Part shown: positions 8,422-19,519 of the stretch, in pieces | Position numbering within the stretch: the stretch's first letter is position 1 | How the letters are laid out: each line of letters opens with the position of its first letter | Assembly (NCBI GenBank): GCA_016180645.1 | Contig: JACPAV010000005.1 | Location: 1 to 64,000, forward strand | DNA: 64,000 bases | DNA from: Nitrospirota bacterium | Lineage (GTDB): Bacteria > JACPQY01 | Direction: 5' to 3' | Made by a program: the position numbers and the translations under genes | The notes under the pieces: generated by a model | What the model saw: the letters and a program-made list of their open reading frames with translations, nothing else | Told to the model about the DNA's origin: nothing | Database searches by the model: none

Positions 8422-10266
8422 ATGCGTCGAACGGTTTTCCTGTCCATCTCGATCCTGATGGCCTCTTGCCAGGCATCGCACAAGCCCGCCCCGTATGAGA
8501 TCCTCGTCCTCGAAGGCTCACCCTATGAGCGCGGTCTCCGGCACGGGCGCCTCCTATCCAGCAAGATTCGCTCGATCTACACGCAGATGTTTACCGCCTC
8601 GATCCTCCCGTACCTCAATCGCCTTCAACCCGACATTGCGGAGTTCCTCTTCGAGTACAAGAAACCCCTCTACCTCGATGGGAATTTCTCCTACCAGGTT
8701 CTGCTCCAGAGCGCGCGCAAGCTTGCCGAGTCCATCCCTGCTCCCTACCTTGAGGAGATGCAAGGCATCGCCGACGGCTCCGGTTTTGACTTCGACAAGG
8801 TATTGCTGCTCAACACGTTTGTGGATTCGATGCAGGATCTTCGATCGATCGCGCTCTACCTCGACCGAGTTCAGGCACCCGATCTCCTCAGCGTAGAGGT
8901 CCAGCCGGGCGCCGAATCGGATTCCCTGGACAACAACGGCAACGGCGCCGTGGACGAACCCGGAGATAACCGCCTTGACCCCTACGAACCCTCGCCCTAC
9001 GCCGGCCTGGTGGAGATACCCTCGGGGTCTCGCTTTCAATTCCGTCTGAGGGACCCGCAAGGCGTCGATCCGTCCACGGTCAGAATTCAGCTCGGGACAG
9101 CCGTCTATGAGAGCGACAACCCGGCTCTGTCCTATGTCACCGCCGGAACCGACCTGGACGTGTTCTTCGCACCGCCCACTCCACTCCCCGAGGCCTCCAT
9201 GGTGCCGATCATCCTTCAAGCCGGCGACCGCTCCAGATCGGAAGAGCCGCCCCCCGCTCATGCCAGGTTCATGCGGGACGAGCGCCTCGTCTTCACGACG
9301 CGCGGCTTCGGAAAGCTCCCCCACGAGGTGGAGAACCGCGGCGAAAGGGATGGGCGAACCCAGCCGACCTCGATCGCTTTCGGTCTGAGAGGCACGGCTA
9401 CCGCGGATTCCCGAGTGCTGGCCGCCCAGCATTTCGCCCTGCTCGACAACAACGCCATGCATCGCCACGCGGTCCTCTTCATCCACAAACCGGACGTCGG
9501 TCGACCTTTCGCCGTGCTCGGATGGTCCGGAGGCATCGGCGCCTTCTCCGGCATGAATGCCGCCGGTCTCGTCTTCATGGTGAATCCCTCGGACACGCTC
9601 AACAACCCCGTCACCCGACAGTTCCAGGAGCTTCTGTTCGCCGCCAACCTCCTCGCCCGGGGTGTTCCCATGTTCGTCACGGCCCGCGAGGTCCTGAGCC
9701 GCTTCGGGTCCGCCCAGCAGGCCGCGCTACATCTCGAAGAAACGGAGCACGCGTACGGCTGGAACATCCTCTTGGCCGATGCCGGAGGCGACCTGGTCGC
9801 CGTTGAACTCGACTCCGCCATCGGCGGAGATGTGGACCCACGAGGCGTCCGCTATTCCCCGGACCAAACGGAGCCGGCGAACCTCGACCCGTGGGGCCGC
9901 CGATGGGCGAGCGTCGGCCCGGACGATCTTCGAATCGCGACACACTATCGCAGGAACACCGAAGACATCCGCCTGGAGCTTCTCGGGCTGCAGGTCAAGC
10001 CCCAACGATACTGGAGTTCATTCTACTTTCGCTCGCTGCGCGCCTACTATGTCCTCGGCGAACGAATCGCGGCCTCCTACGGAACGCTCGACGTGCCTGC
10101 CTTGGAGGCGCTCCTGCGCGAAAAAGATCTCATCGACCAGCGCGACAGCATGAACGCGGCGATCTACGAGCCGGAATCGCTCAGGATGCATTTCGCCGTC
10201 GGCCAGGTCCCGGCCACCGCGGGACCGTTCACGTCCATTCCCCTCGGCCCCCTGTTCACGCCGTGA
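8422..10266 (+). CDS. C45/AAT-like Ntn-hydrolase lipoprotein with an inserted domain
   Basis: Lipobox-like LMASC; GSPYERGLRHG; YLEEMQGIADG; GAFSGMNAAGL; GWNILLAD; DSLDNNGNGAVDE calcium-binding-like loop in the insert. Confidence 0.75.
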   Translation: MRRTVFLSISILMASCQASHKPAPYEILVLEGSPYERGLRHGRLLSSKIRSIYTQMFTASILPYLNRLQPDIAEFLFEYKKPLYLDGNFSYQVLLQSARKLAESIPAPYLEEMQGIADGSGFDFDKVLLLNTFVDSMQDLRSIALYLDRVQAPDLLSVEVQPGAESDSLDNNGNGAVDEPGDNRLDPYEPSPYAGLVEIPSGSRFQFRLRDPQGVDPSTVRIQLGTAVYESDNPALSYVTAGTDLDVFFAPPTPLPEASMVPIILQAGDRSRSEEPPPAHARFMRDERLVFTTRGFGKLPHEVENRGERDGRTQPTSIAFGLRGTATADSRVLAAQHFALLDNNAMHRHAVLFIHKPDVGRPFAVLGWSGGIGAFSGMNAAGLVFMVNPSDTLNNPVTRQFQELLFAANLLARGVPMFVTAREVLSRFGSAQQAALHLEETEHAYGWNILLADAGGDLVAVELDSAIGGDVDPRGVRYSPDQTEPANLDPWGRRWASVGPDDLRIATHYRRNTEDIRLELLGLQVKPQRYWSSFYFRSLRAYYVLGERIAASYGTLDVPALEALLREKDLIDQRDSMNAAIYEPESLRMHFAVGQVPATAGPFTSIPLGPLFTP

Positions 10267-10319
10267 CACGATTTCCCCTTTCGCGCCTTCTCGCGACTGG
10301 GGTAGAATCCAAGCGCGTC

Positions 10320-11813
10320 ATGAGCCTTCTCCGTCCATTGCTGAAACTCGCCATCCTCTCGACATGGGTCTTCCTCCTCTACACTCTCTACCAACGCACA
10401 CGCACGCCTTCCCTGGCTTCCGCCGAGATTCCCGTTTCGGAAGCCGAATGGAAGGAACCGGCGCGCGAATACTGGATGGGCGTCTACTACAAGGACCAGA
10501 AAATCGGCTACACCACCACCACGTGGACGCCGAATGAGAACGGTTACGACGTGATCGAGCGCGCCTTCCTCTCACCGAAGATCATGGGTGAGAAAAAAGA
10601 GATCCGCACCGCCACCCGCGCCGCGCTCGGAAAAGACTACGCGCTTCAAACGGTGGACTTCAAGATGGAATCCGGGCCCGCCGCGTTCTTCCTCACGGCC
10701 AAAGTGGAAGGAAAGCAGATTCATGTCACCCTACATTCCGGCGCCGACAAAACCGAGCAGGACATCGCCCTCACCGATTCCCCCCGCCTCCCCCTCACGG
10801 TGCGGGCCATGATGGGCCAGCGGAAGATCCGGCCCGGCGACAAGTACCGTGTCTCCGTCTTCGACCCTTCAATCGTCGGCCAGGCCGACCTGGTGGTTGA
10901 GGTCCTGGCGCCGGAGCCCGTTCTCGTCGGCGGACAGACGATCAGCGCCTTCAAGGTTCATGAAACCATCGGAACGGTCGAGACGTGGAGCTGGGTGACG
11001 GAGGAAGGCGAAACCCTGAAAGAGGAGAGTCCGATGGGGTTCACCACCCTTCGCGAGTCGCGCGAGGAAGCGTTGTACCGGCGTTGGCCCACGGGGGAGG
11101 ACGTGGACCTGATCGTGTCCACGTCGATTCCCGTCTCCACTTATATCGCCAAGCCAAGAGCACTTGCCCTGCTGAAGCTGAAACTCCGCACCCCCCATCT
11201 CGATCGATTGGGAAACTTGAGCGAACGTCAGACGCTATCCGGAGATGTATTGACGATAGTGAGAGAAAAAGAGGTCGGCACGCTCACGGGCCGAATCCCG
11301 ATCAAAGGCCGCGGCCTCGGCCCGTCTCTGGCGCCGGAGGTCCTGATTCCAAGTGATGACCAGGAAATCAAGCTGTACTCCCAAGGGGCACTTGGGGCGG
11401 AGCGGGCCGGAAATCGCGCCGCCCGGAAACTGGCCGAGTTCGTGTATGATCACCTCGAGAAAACGCCCCTCATCAGCATCCCCGATGCCAAACAGGTGCT
11501 CCATCTCCGAAAGGGAGACTGCAATGAACACGCCGTTCTCTTCGCCGCCCTCGCCCGCGCCGCCGGCATCCCCACCAAGGTCGCCGTGGGCATCGTCTAC
11601 ACGGAGGGGTCGTTCTTCTACCACGCCTGGAACGAGGTGTACCTGACCGATGCGCGGAATCGCGGCCGCTGGGTGACCGTCGATTCCACCTTCAACCAAA
11701 TCCCGGCGGATGTCACCCACGTCAAGATGGCTGAGGGCGGACTCGACAAGCAGCTTCATGTCATGAACTTCGTCGGCAATCTTTCAATAGAAGTGCTGGA
11801 GACCGCTCCATGA
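10320..11813 (+). CDS. Transglutaminase-like domain protein with N-terminal membrane anchor
   Basis: GDCNEHAVLFAALARAAGIP, YHAWNEVY, WVTVDST (Cys-His-Asp triad). Start placed at ATG 10320. Confidence 0.88.
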   Translation: MSLLRPLLKLAILSTWVFLLYTLYQRTRTPSLASAEIPVSEAEWKEPAREYWMGVYYKDQKIGYTTTTWTPNENGYDVIERAFLSPKIMGEKKEIRTATRAALGKDYALQTVDFKMESGPAAFFLTAKVEGKQIHVTLHSGADKTEQDIALTDSPRLPLTVRAMMGQRKIRPGDKYRVSVFDPSIVGQADLVVEVLAPEPVLVGGQTISAFKVHETIGTVETWSWVTEEGETLKEESPMGFTTLRESREEALYRRWPTGEDVDLIVSTSIPVSTYIAKPRALALLKLKLRTPHLDRLGNLSERQTLSGDVLTIVREKEVGTLTGRIPIKGRGLGPSLAPEVLIPSDDQEIKLYSQGALGAERAGNRAARKLAEFVYDHLEKTPLISIPDAKQVLHLRKGDCNEHAVLFAALARAAGIPTKVAVGIVYTEGSFFYHAWNEVYLTDARNRGRWVTVDSTFNQIPADVTHVKMAEGGLDKQLHVMNFVGNLSIEVLETAP

Positions 11814-11838
11814 CCTCTCTTCGACTACTCCAGTTGCG

Positions 11839-11866
11839 CAATCTGAAATCTCAAATCTCAAATCCC
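11839..11866 (+). repeat. Heptamer tandem repeat (AAATCTC)x4, imperfect
   Basis: CAATCTG AAATCTC AAATCTC AAATCCC just upstream of the ABC ATPase start. Confidence 0.7.
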
Positions 11867-11880
11867 CCGGCGGTCATGTC

Positions 11881-12623
<743 letters not shown>

Positions 12624-12627
<4 letters not shown>

Positions 12628-14318
12628 CGCTCCTTCGCCTCCATCTCCCGGGCTGGTACGCATTCTGGAATGCAGCTCGCCGTCCCACCCGCGACTCCAA
12701 GATCAAGGCTGTGGCCCTCCTCCTCGGAGCAAGCGGCTTTTGGGCCGCGATCTTCTTCTCCTTTCTGCGGCTCCTTCGCCATTTCCAGTCGACCGAACTG
12801 GTGGGAGACATTCTCATCTCAAAACTTCTCATGATGATGACGCTCCTCTTCCTCGCCCTGCTCCTGTACAGCAGCGTCGTCGTCGCCGTCTCCACGCTCC
12901 TGCTCTCCAAAGACCTCGAACTGCTCCAAGCCCTTCCCGTGCCGTCCGAGGCCCTGTTCCAGAAAAAGTTCCTGGAGACACTCCTTCACAGCTCGTGGAT
13001 GTTCCTCCTCTTCGCTCTCCCCATTTTCTACGCATACGCCTTCCTCTACCGGGCCGGACCGGCCTTCTACCCCGCGCTCGGCGCCGGGCTTCTGGCCTTC
13101 CTCGTGATCCCCGCGGCCGTGGCGGTGGCCATCATCCTTCTTCTGGGCCTGGCGTTTCCCGCTCGACGAACGCGCGATGCCGCCTTCGTCGGAAGCATCA
13201 GCCTCTTCGCGGCCCTCTATCTTGTCATTCGTTTCATGCGGCCCGAAAAACTGGTCGACCCCTCTTCTTTCAAAAGCATGATGGGCTACATCGCCTCCCT
13301 CAGAGCGCCAAGCTCACCCTGGCTGCCGAGCACCTGGCTGGCTCATTCGATCTTGGACAGCCTGGCCGGCCGGTGGGACGAGGTCGCCTTCTACCTCGGC
13401 CTGCTCGTAACGACCGCCGCTTCACTTTTCATCCTGATCTCCGCGGTGATGCGTCGAGCCTACCCCACACTCCTCTCGAAAGCGCAGGAGACCCGGCGCA
13501 GCACTCCCACGAACACCCGAAAAGGACAGGCCATCCTCGGTCGACTTCTCCGTCCCCTCCCGCGCCCCCTCGGATCCGTCGTCTACAAAGAGATTCGCAC
13601 CTTCTTCCGCGATCCCTCCCAGTGGTCGCAAATCATCCTGATCGGAGCCCTGATCGTTGCGTACCTCTACAATTTCCATGCGCTCCCTCGTGAGCGGTTC
13701 CCCATCTCGCAGTTCGCCCTCGAAACGATCGTCTCTTTTCTCAATCTCGGGCTCTGCGGCTTCGTCATGGCGGCGATGGCGGCCCGGTTCGTCTTTCCCC
13801 TGATCAGTCTGGAAGGACGCGCCTTCTGGCTTCTTCGCACGGCGCCGGTCTCCGCTCGGCACCTCTTTGCGGCCAAGTTCTTCGTCGGGTTCGTACCCCT
13901 CACGGCACTGGGCCTGGTGCTGACCGTGGCCTCCAACGTGATCCTCGGCTCGAGCCGATTCATGCACTTGCTGTCCGCCACGACCACTTTCCTGTCGGGC
14001 ATTGCCATTGTGGCCCTCGCGTTGTGCTTCGGAACACTCTACCCGCGGTTTCACGTCGAGAATCCCGCCCGCATCTCCACGGGGTTCGGCGGCCTGATGT
14101 ACATGATCGCGTCGATGCTCCTGCTGGCGCTTGTGGCCGCGCTGGAGGCCTGGCCCGTTTATCTCTACTACCTTTCGCAGTTCAAGGGATGGACGATTCA
14201 GACCCACCAGTGGCTGGGCATGGGCGCCTCTTTCGCGGCGGCCCTCGCCCTTCTTGTGGCCACCACCACCCTGTCCCTCCGGCTCGGGATTCGGCGATTG
14301 GGCACACTTGAGCCCTGA
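12624..14318 (+). CDS. ABC-2-type transporter permease
   Basis: About 12 TM segments; KEIRTFFRDPSQW; SLEGRAFWLLRTAP; ATGA overlap with the ATPase gene. Confidence 0.85.
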
Positions 14319-14347
14319 CACCAGGAGTCCCTCGGCGGCGAGTTGGC

Positions 14348-14377
14348 TTGCGAAGAGCGCTCTTCTGCCGATATAAT
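14348..14377 (+). promoter_or_regulatory. Sigma-70-like promoter containing a perfect 14-bp palindrome
   Basis: TTGCGA, 18 nt, TATAAT; palindrome GAAGAGCGCTCTTC at 14352-14365. Confidence 0.5.
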
Positions 14378-14517
14378 ATACAAAGTGCATCAGCCTCGCG
14401 CGCAGGCTCGGGCCGGCCCCGCACATCCCGGAAAACAGGTGACGGAAAAACAGCACATGGAACGACCCCCATCATCCGGCAGGAGGAACCTCAGCTCGGC
14501 ACGAGGCCCGGTGCGGA

Positions 14518-16584
14518 TTGGATAAGGCATCTCTCTTCTCTCAAGGTCAAAAGTACCTCCAGAAGGGCCAGCACGAAAAGGCCCTCAAGGAATTCGAGAA
14601 GATCCTCGAAATCGATCCGGAAGACGCCAAGATCCACATCCAGATCGGCGACATTTACAACCGCCTCGGACGGCGCGAAGAGTCCCTCGAAGCGTATTTC
14701 AAGGCGGCGGATCTTTTCGTCCAGGCCGGATTCGGGCAAAAAGCCATCGCCGTCTTCAAACAGGCGCTCAACCTCGATCCCGGGTCCTCGGAAATCCATC
14801 TCAAGCTCGCCGATCTCTATCTCAAGGCCAACCTGATCCCCGAGGCCGTCAAGCATTTCGAGTTGGTCGCCCAAACCTGCGAATCCGACGGGCTCCTCGA
14901 CGATGCCCTGGACATCTACTCCCAGCTCTTCGCCCTCGACCCCCAGCGAAAACATTTCCTGCTCAAGCAAGGGGAGATTCTCTTCAAGAAGGGCGAAACG
15001 CAACAGGCCGTACGCCTTCTTGAGCCGTTGGAGAAGGGCTATGCGGCCGAGAAGAACACCGAGTTGCTCGTTTCTCTCTTCGAACTCACTCTCACCTATG
15101 ATCCGGCAAACCTCCACGCCCTGGGAGAACTCACGCGCCAGTTGGCATCCGACAAGCAACACGCGCGGATTGTTGAACTCCTCCAGAAGCCCGTGGAGAA
15201 CGGCGTCATCCAGAATACGGCCGTGCATCTTCGCCTGTGTGACGCGCTGGACCAAACAGGAAACAAGCCGGGATCTCTGCGTCAGTACCTTGCCTTGTAC
15301 AATCGGTGCCAGCTTCACGATCCCGAACCGGAGCTTCTAAAAAAGATTCTCACTCAAATCGTGCGGCTGGACCCGGAGAATCAGCAGGCGAAGATCGATC
15401 TCCGCGATCTCTCCACCAAGGCGCAGATGTCCGAGGAGACGGTCCCGGTGGCGGAGGCGGCGCTCATGGGCCGGCCGCCGTATGATGGAAACGTTCCTTG
15501 GCGCGCGGCCGAAGCCTCCCCGGCACCCACGGCACAACAGTGGGCCGACAAGATCGATCTCCTCCTGAAATACAAGATTCGCGATCTGGCTGAGAACTGT
15601 TTGCGGGAGGCACAACAACGCTTCCCCGCCGATGCCCTTCTTCAAGCGAAAGCCGCTGAAATGGGATCAGCTCCGACGCCCCCGGCACCGGCGGAGCCGC
15701 TCGATGAGATCGAGATCCTCGAGGAATCCCCGATGGAAATCACGGCTCAACAAGTCGCCGCCACGACCGGCGTCCCTGCCGAACCCGCTGCTCTCCCTTT
15801 CCAGGAACCGTTGGAAGAGCCGATTCTGTTGGAAGAAGAGCCGCCGTCTCCCTCGTCGCTGGGCGTGGATGCAGGCTTGTCGCCTTCTCCACCTCCTGAT
15901 TTTTCTTCCGGCGCGGTCGACTGGGGGGGTGGATCCAGCGCAGCGCCATCGGAACTGGACCTCTCCCCCATGTCCGAGATTTCCACCGAGTTCGGTGCCG
16001 AACCCCCGCCGGCGGCAGGGCCCGCCACGCCATCCGAGCATGTTCACCCGCCCACCGCCGGGTCGGCAGGGCTGAGCCAAGCGGAGGATGCCTACCAGCA
16101 GGCGCTTGCGTTCTATTTCCTCGGCCGCCATCGAGAGGCCATCGAGGTCCTCTCCGCGGGCGGCGATGGATCTGATACCCGCGATGTGCGCAGCCTGGTT
16201 CTCAAGCTTTCGTGCCGTCGGGAAGCCTCGGAGTGGGTGGAACTGGTCGAGGATGCAGCCCAAGCGCTGTCCATTCACGGGCACGACGAGGAGCGGAAAT
16301 TGTACTTGCTTTGCGAGGCGGCCATGGCCTATGAACGATTGGGACAAATCCAAGATGCCATCGGCTGCTACCAAGAGATCCTCCGCCTCCGGCCCGACGA
16401 ACCTGACGCCTCGGAGGCGCTCGGCCGTCTCGGGCCTGCTCCGGAGGATGGCGCACCCGTCTTCGAGGAATCGCCGGCACCCACCCCGGAAACGGTTGTC
16501 TCTCCGCTGGAGGACCTCCCCCCGGCCGCTCGGCCGGACCCATCGACTGCTGTTCTCCCGCGCTTCAATATCGCGTATATCTGA
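14518..16584 (+). CDS. Tetratricopeptide repeat protein
   Basis: N- and C-terminal TPRs (KALKEFEKILEIDPED; AIGCYQEILRLRPD) around an acidic Pro-rich linker; TTG start. Confidence 0.85.
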   Translation: MDKASLFSQGQKYLQKGQHEKALKEFEKILEIDPEDAKIHIQIGDIYNRLGRREESLEAYFKAADLFVQAGFGQKAIAVFKQALNLDPGSSEIHLKLADLYLKANLIPEAVKHFELVAQTCESDGLLDDALDIYSQLFALDPQRKHFLLKQGEILFKKGETQQAVRLLEPLEKGYAAEKNTELLVSLFELTLTYDPANLHALGELTRQLASDKQHARIVELLQKPVENGVIQNTAVHLRLCDALDQTGNKPGSLRQYLALYNRCQLHDPEPELLKKILTQIVRLDPENQQAKIDLRDLSTKAQMSEETVPVAEAALMGRPPYDGNVPWRAAEASPAPTAQQWADKIDLLLKYKIRDLAENCLREAQQRFPADALLQAKAAEMGSAPTPPAPAEPLDEIEILEESPMEITAQQVAATTGVPAEPAALPFQEPLEEPILLEEEPPSPSSLGVDAGLSPSPPPDFSSGAVDWGGGSSAAPSELDLSPMSEISTEFGAEPPPAAGPATPSEHVHPPTAGSAGLSQAEDAYQQALAFYFLGRHREAIEVLSAGGDGSDTRDVRSLVLKLSCRREASEWVELVEDAAQALSIHGHDEERKLYLLCEAAMAYERLGQIQDAIGCYQEILRLRPDEPDASEALGRLGPAPEDGAPVFEESPAPTPETVVSPLEDLPPAARPDPSTAVLPRFNIAYI

Positions 16585-16587
16585 GCT

Positions 16588-17592
16588 GTGGCTTATCTGA
16601 GTTTCTACCACCTCAAGGAGGAGCCTTTCTCGAATGCTCCGCTGAAACATTTCTTTTTTGAGAACGAGGAGCACAACCGCGCGTTGACCCGTCTCCTTCA
16701 CGCCGCGGCCGCGATGAAGGGGCTCGCCATTCTCGTCGGCGAGGTCGGCTCGGGGAAAACCACACTGGCCCGCCGGATTCTCGATGAACTCTCAGAGGCC
16801 GAATACATCGCCAGCCTCCTGGTCATCGTCCACCCGAATGTCACGCGCGACTGGCTTCTCCGAAAAGTCGCCATCCAACTTGGCGTCGAGCATCCCTACG
16901 AGGACAAGGTCCCCCTCATGGGTCAGCTGTTTGAACGACTCGTCCACATTCAGCAGGAAAAGAAGAAAGCGGTCGTGATCATCGATGAGGCCCAGATGCT
17001 CCGCGACAAGGAGATCTTCGAGGAGATCCGCGGGATGCTCAACCTCGAAACCGGCGAAGGCAAACTCATCACCTTCATCATGTTCGGCCTTCCCGAACTG
17101 GAGTCGGCCGTTTACGCGGACCAGCCCCTCGCCCAGCGCGTGTCGATGCGCCTGACCCTGCGCCCTTTCGACGATGTGACCACCCGCAGCTACATCGTCT
17201 ATCGCATGACGGTGGCCGGATCCGCCCAGCACCCTTTTACCGAGGAGGCCTTGGACGCGATCTACCACTACACGAAGGGCATTCCGCGTCTCATCAACAA
17301 CATCTGCGACAACGCCCTCCTCGAGGGCTACCTTCGGAAAATGTCGAACATCGATCTCGATCTGATCCGGGAGATCGCGTTGGACCTGCGCCTGACGGAG
17401 AGTGAGCAAGCCCAGATCACTCAGGCCGCCCCGTCCTTCACTCCTGCCGTCGTGCGCCCCTCGCCCGCATCCACACCCGCGATTGCCGCCGCCCCCTATC
17501 GACTGGATTTTTCCGTTCTGGCCGAGGATGAGCCGTCGAAGGAGCGCGCCGACCTCGACCAGATCATCCACAGCCTCGAAAGCAAGCGATAG
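16588..17592 (+). CDS. ExeA/GspA family AAA ATPase
   Basis: YLSFYHLKEEPFSNAP, GEVGSGKTT, IIDEAQ, GLPEL, GIPRLINNICDNALL. Confidence 0.88.
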   Translation: MAYLSFYHLKEEPFSNAPLKHFFFENEEHNRALTRLLHAAAAMKGLAILVGEVGSGKTTLARRILDELSEAEYIASLLVIVHPNVTRDWLLRKVAIQLGVEHPYEDKVPLMGQLFERLVHIQQEKKKAVVIIDEAQMLRDKEIFEEIRGMLNLETGEGKLITFIMFGLPELESAVYADQPLAQRVSMRLTLRPFDDVTTRSYIVYRMTVAGSAQHPFTEEALDAIYHYTKGIPRLINNICDNALLEGYLRKMSNIDLDLIREIALDLRLTESEQAQITQAAPSFTPAVVRPSPASTPAIAAAPYRLDFSVLAEDEPSKERADLDQIIHSLESKR

Positions 17593-17611
17593 CGAGGCGC
17601 GGGTGCGCGGG

Positions 17612-18376
17612 ATGCGAGTCGCCGTGCTTTCCCTCGCCGTCGCGTGGACCGCCTCGGCGCGCGTCGCACAAAGTCAGTCCTTCGATCCGGGAAAGATTGC
17701 CGAGCACCGCGACTTCGAGAGACTCACCCTCGACGTGGCTGAAGCCTTGGCCCTGCCCCACGCCGCCGAGCCGGAGAACCTGGGACGTCGATGGCTGGGA
17801 GAACTGCTCCTGACCGTTCGCCGTGTCGACCCGGATTCGTCCGCCTGGTTCCAGGCCGCCCCGAACAACGATCCTTCCTCGTACCTCATCTCGCCCAGAA
17901 TCATGGCCACCGTGGGCATTCCCTATCGGTTCGATGTCTCACTCGCAACGGGCTTGGTCGGTCGATACCCCTCCAGTGGTTTTGGCCTGAAGCATCTCCT
18001 GGTCGAGGGGACCCCCCGCGCTCCCGGAATCGCCGTCGGCGCCACGGCGGCCGCGTTGTGGGGCGAGTCAAGCTACTTTCCCGCGGTCGCCTCGATCTAT
18101 TCGCATTTCGCCTGGCGAACGGCCATCGGCCATTGGGCGCTCGGCGCCCGTCAGCTCCTGATTACCGCCCGTGGAAAGCGGGGATCGTCGGGCGGGGAGG
18201 AAGTCAATACCCCACTCTTCCAACTGTATCTCGCTTACCAGTGGGGAATGGAATTCGGGCGGCGTAGCGATATCGGCCTGCGCGCCGATGCGACCCTCAC
18301 CCGCCTGCCCCTGCCCTTCTCCAAAGGACCGACGCAGGTCGGGCAGTGGACCGGCGGCGTCTACCTGCGACGCTAG
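17612..18376 (+). CDS. Hypothetical exported protein, possibly an outer-membrane beta protein
   Basis: Signal-peptide-like MRVAVLSLAVAWTASA; amphipathic strand pattern; start placed at ATG 17612. Confidence 0.55.
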   Translation: MRVAVLSLAVAWTASARVAQSQSFDPGKIAEHRDFERLTLDVAEALALPHAAEPENLGRRWLGELLLTVRRVDPDSSAWFQAAPNNDPSSYLISPRIMATVGIPYRFDVSLATGLVGRYPSSGFGLKHLLVEGTPRAPGIAVGATAAALWGESSYFPAVASIYSHFAWRTAIGHWALGARQLLITARGKRGSSGGEEVNTPLFQLYLAYQWGMEFGRRSDIGLRADATLTRLPLPFSKGPTQVGQWTGGVYLRR

Positions 18377-18396
18377 GATCACGACTCTACTTCCGG

Positions 18397-18419
18397 GTAG
18401 CCGCGGGCTTCAGCCCGCG
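18397..18419 (+). repeat. Single REP, GTAG-CCGC family
   Basis: GTAGCCGCGGGCTTCAGCCCGCG between convergent genes; same family as 2868-2890. Confidence 0.7.
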
Positions 18420-18437
18420 TCATCGCGCGGGTGGCGA

Positions 18438-19016
18438 CTATCGGACCGACGGGCGCTGACTTTCAGCCGCTCGTTTCACGTCCTTTAGAATTACCGTCAC
18501 GATAGCAGAGAGGACGCCGCCGTCCGCCCCGGGAAGGCGCTCGATCAGCTTGCCCACGAACCAGCCGAGCGCCGTCACATCGGCGCCCATCGCATGGGTA
18601 AGGAGACAGGACTTGTTGTGGTCCAGCGGGTGAACGGCCCAGTAGCCCTCAAACCGTGAGGTGTTTCCCCGGACGAGTGAAAACTCAATCCTTCGGGATG
18701 GCTCCTCACGCATTTCCACCTCCATGTCGATCCCGAGTTTGACGGCCAGGATCGACAGGCCGCATTTCATTCTCACCAGAGTCTTCCGGCCCGTCTGCTT
18801 TCGGATCTCCTCGGCCAGAATCACGCGAATGAACTCGGGGTGTCGCTCGTAGCTCCGGATCAGATCCCACACCGTATCCGACCCCACTCCCACCTCGATG
18901 GCGCCCGTCACATAGGGGCCCGCCCCATCCTCGTGCACCCACAGCACCGGCCCGTGGCCGTTCGTGCCCTCCAACGCCCTCCGTCCTAGATCTTTCGACA
19001 CGTCGAACAAGCTCAC
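18438..19016 (-). CDS. SRPBCC/polyketide cyclase-like (START fold) protein
   Basis: VWDLIRSYERHPEFI and IEFSLVRGNTSRFEGYW. Confidence 0.75.
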   Translation of the reverse strand: MSLFDVSKDLGRRALEGTNGHGPVLWVHEDGAGPYVTGAIEVGVGSDTVWDLIRSYERHPEFIRVILAEEIRKQTGRKTLVRMKCGLSILAVKLGIDMEVEMREEPSRRIEFSLVRGNTSRFEGYWAVHPLDHNKSCLLTHAMGADVTALGWFVGKLIERLPGADGGVLSAIVTVILKDVKRAAESQRPSVR

Positions 19017-19519
19017 GCATTGCCTCCGTTCGGGTTGCGAACACCTGGGCGACCCCCATGCACCGCCTCAAACAGCCGGGATTCCGCCTTTCGCATGGCG
19101 CTGGCTTTGGGACCGCCCCGTTCGTGCTCGTGGCCCAGTATGTGAAGTAGTCCGTGGATGACGAGCTGCGTCAGGCGACTATCCAGCGCTATTCCCGCGG
19201 CTTCCGCCTCCGCCCTCGCGCGATCCACGGAGATCGCGATATCGCCCAAGGGGATCGGCACTCCACGCAATCGGCCCGCTGCGAGCGACCGAATTTCTGA
19301 AAAACCACCCTTCCATTGCCCGAAAGAAATGACATTGGTCCGCGTGTTCAGGCCGAAGTGTTTTCGATGAAGCGACTTGAGCGCGTCGTCGGAAAGGAGA
19401 AGGACATTCAATTCCGAATGGGGAGGCAATTTCAGAAGCTCCAACAAGCGCAGGGCGCGGGCCTGGAGCCGCCCGGCGTCAACTTCTCGGCGGCTCTTCC
19501 GCAGGACCGTTACGACCAT
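19013..19519 (-). CDS. ybeY: rRNA maturation RNase YbeY
   Basis: TNVISF, LGDIAIS, HGLLHILGHEH zinc motif; directly downstream of phoH. Confidence 0.9.
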   Translation of the reverse strand: MVVTVLRKSRREVDAGRLQARALRLLELLKLPPHSELNVLLLSDDALKSLHRKHFGLNTRTNVISFGQWKGGFSEIRSLAAGRLRGVPIPLGDIAISVDRARAEAEAAGIALDSRLTQLVIHGLLHILGHEHERGGPKASAMRKAESRLFEAVHGGRPGVRNPNGGNA

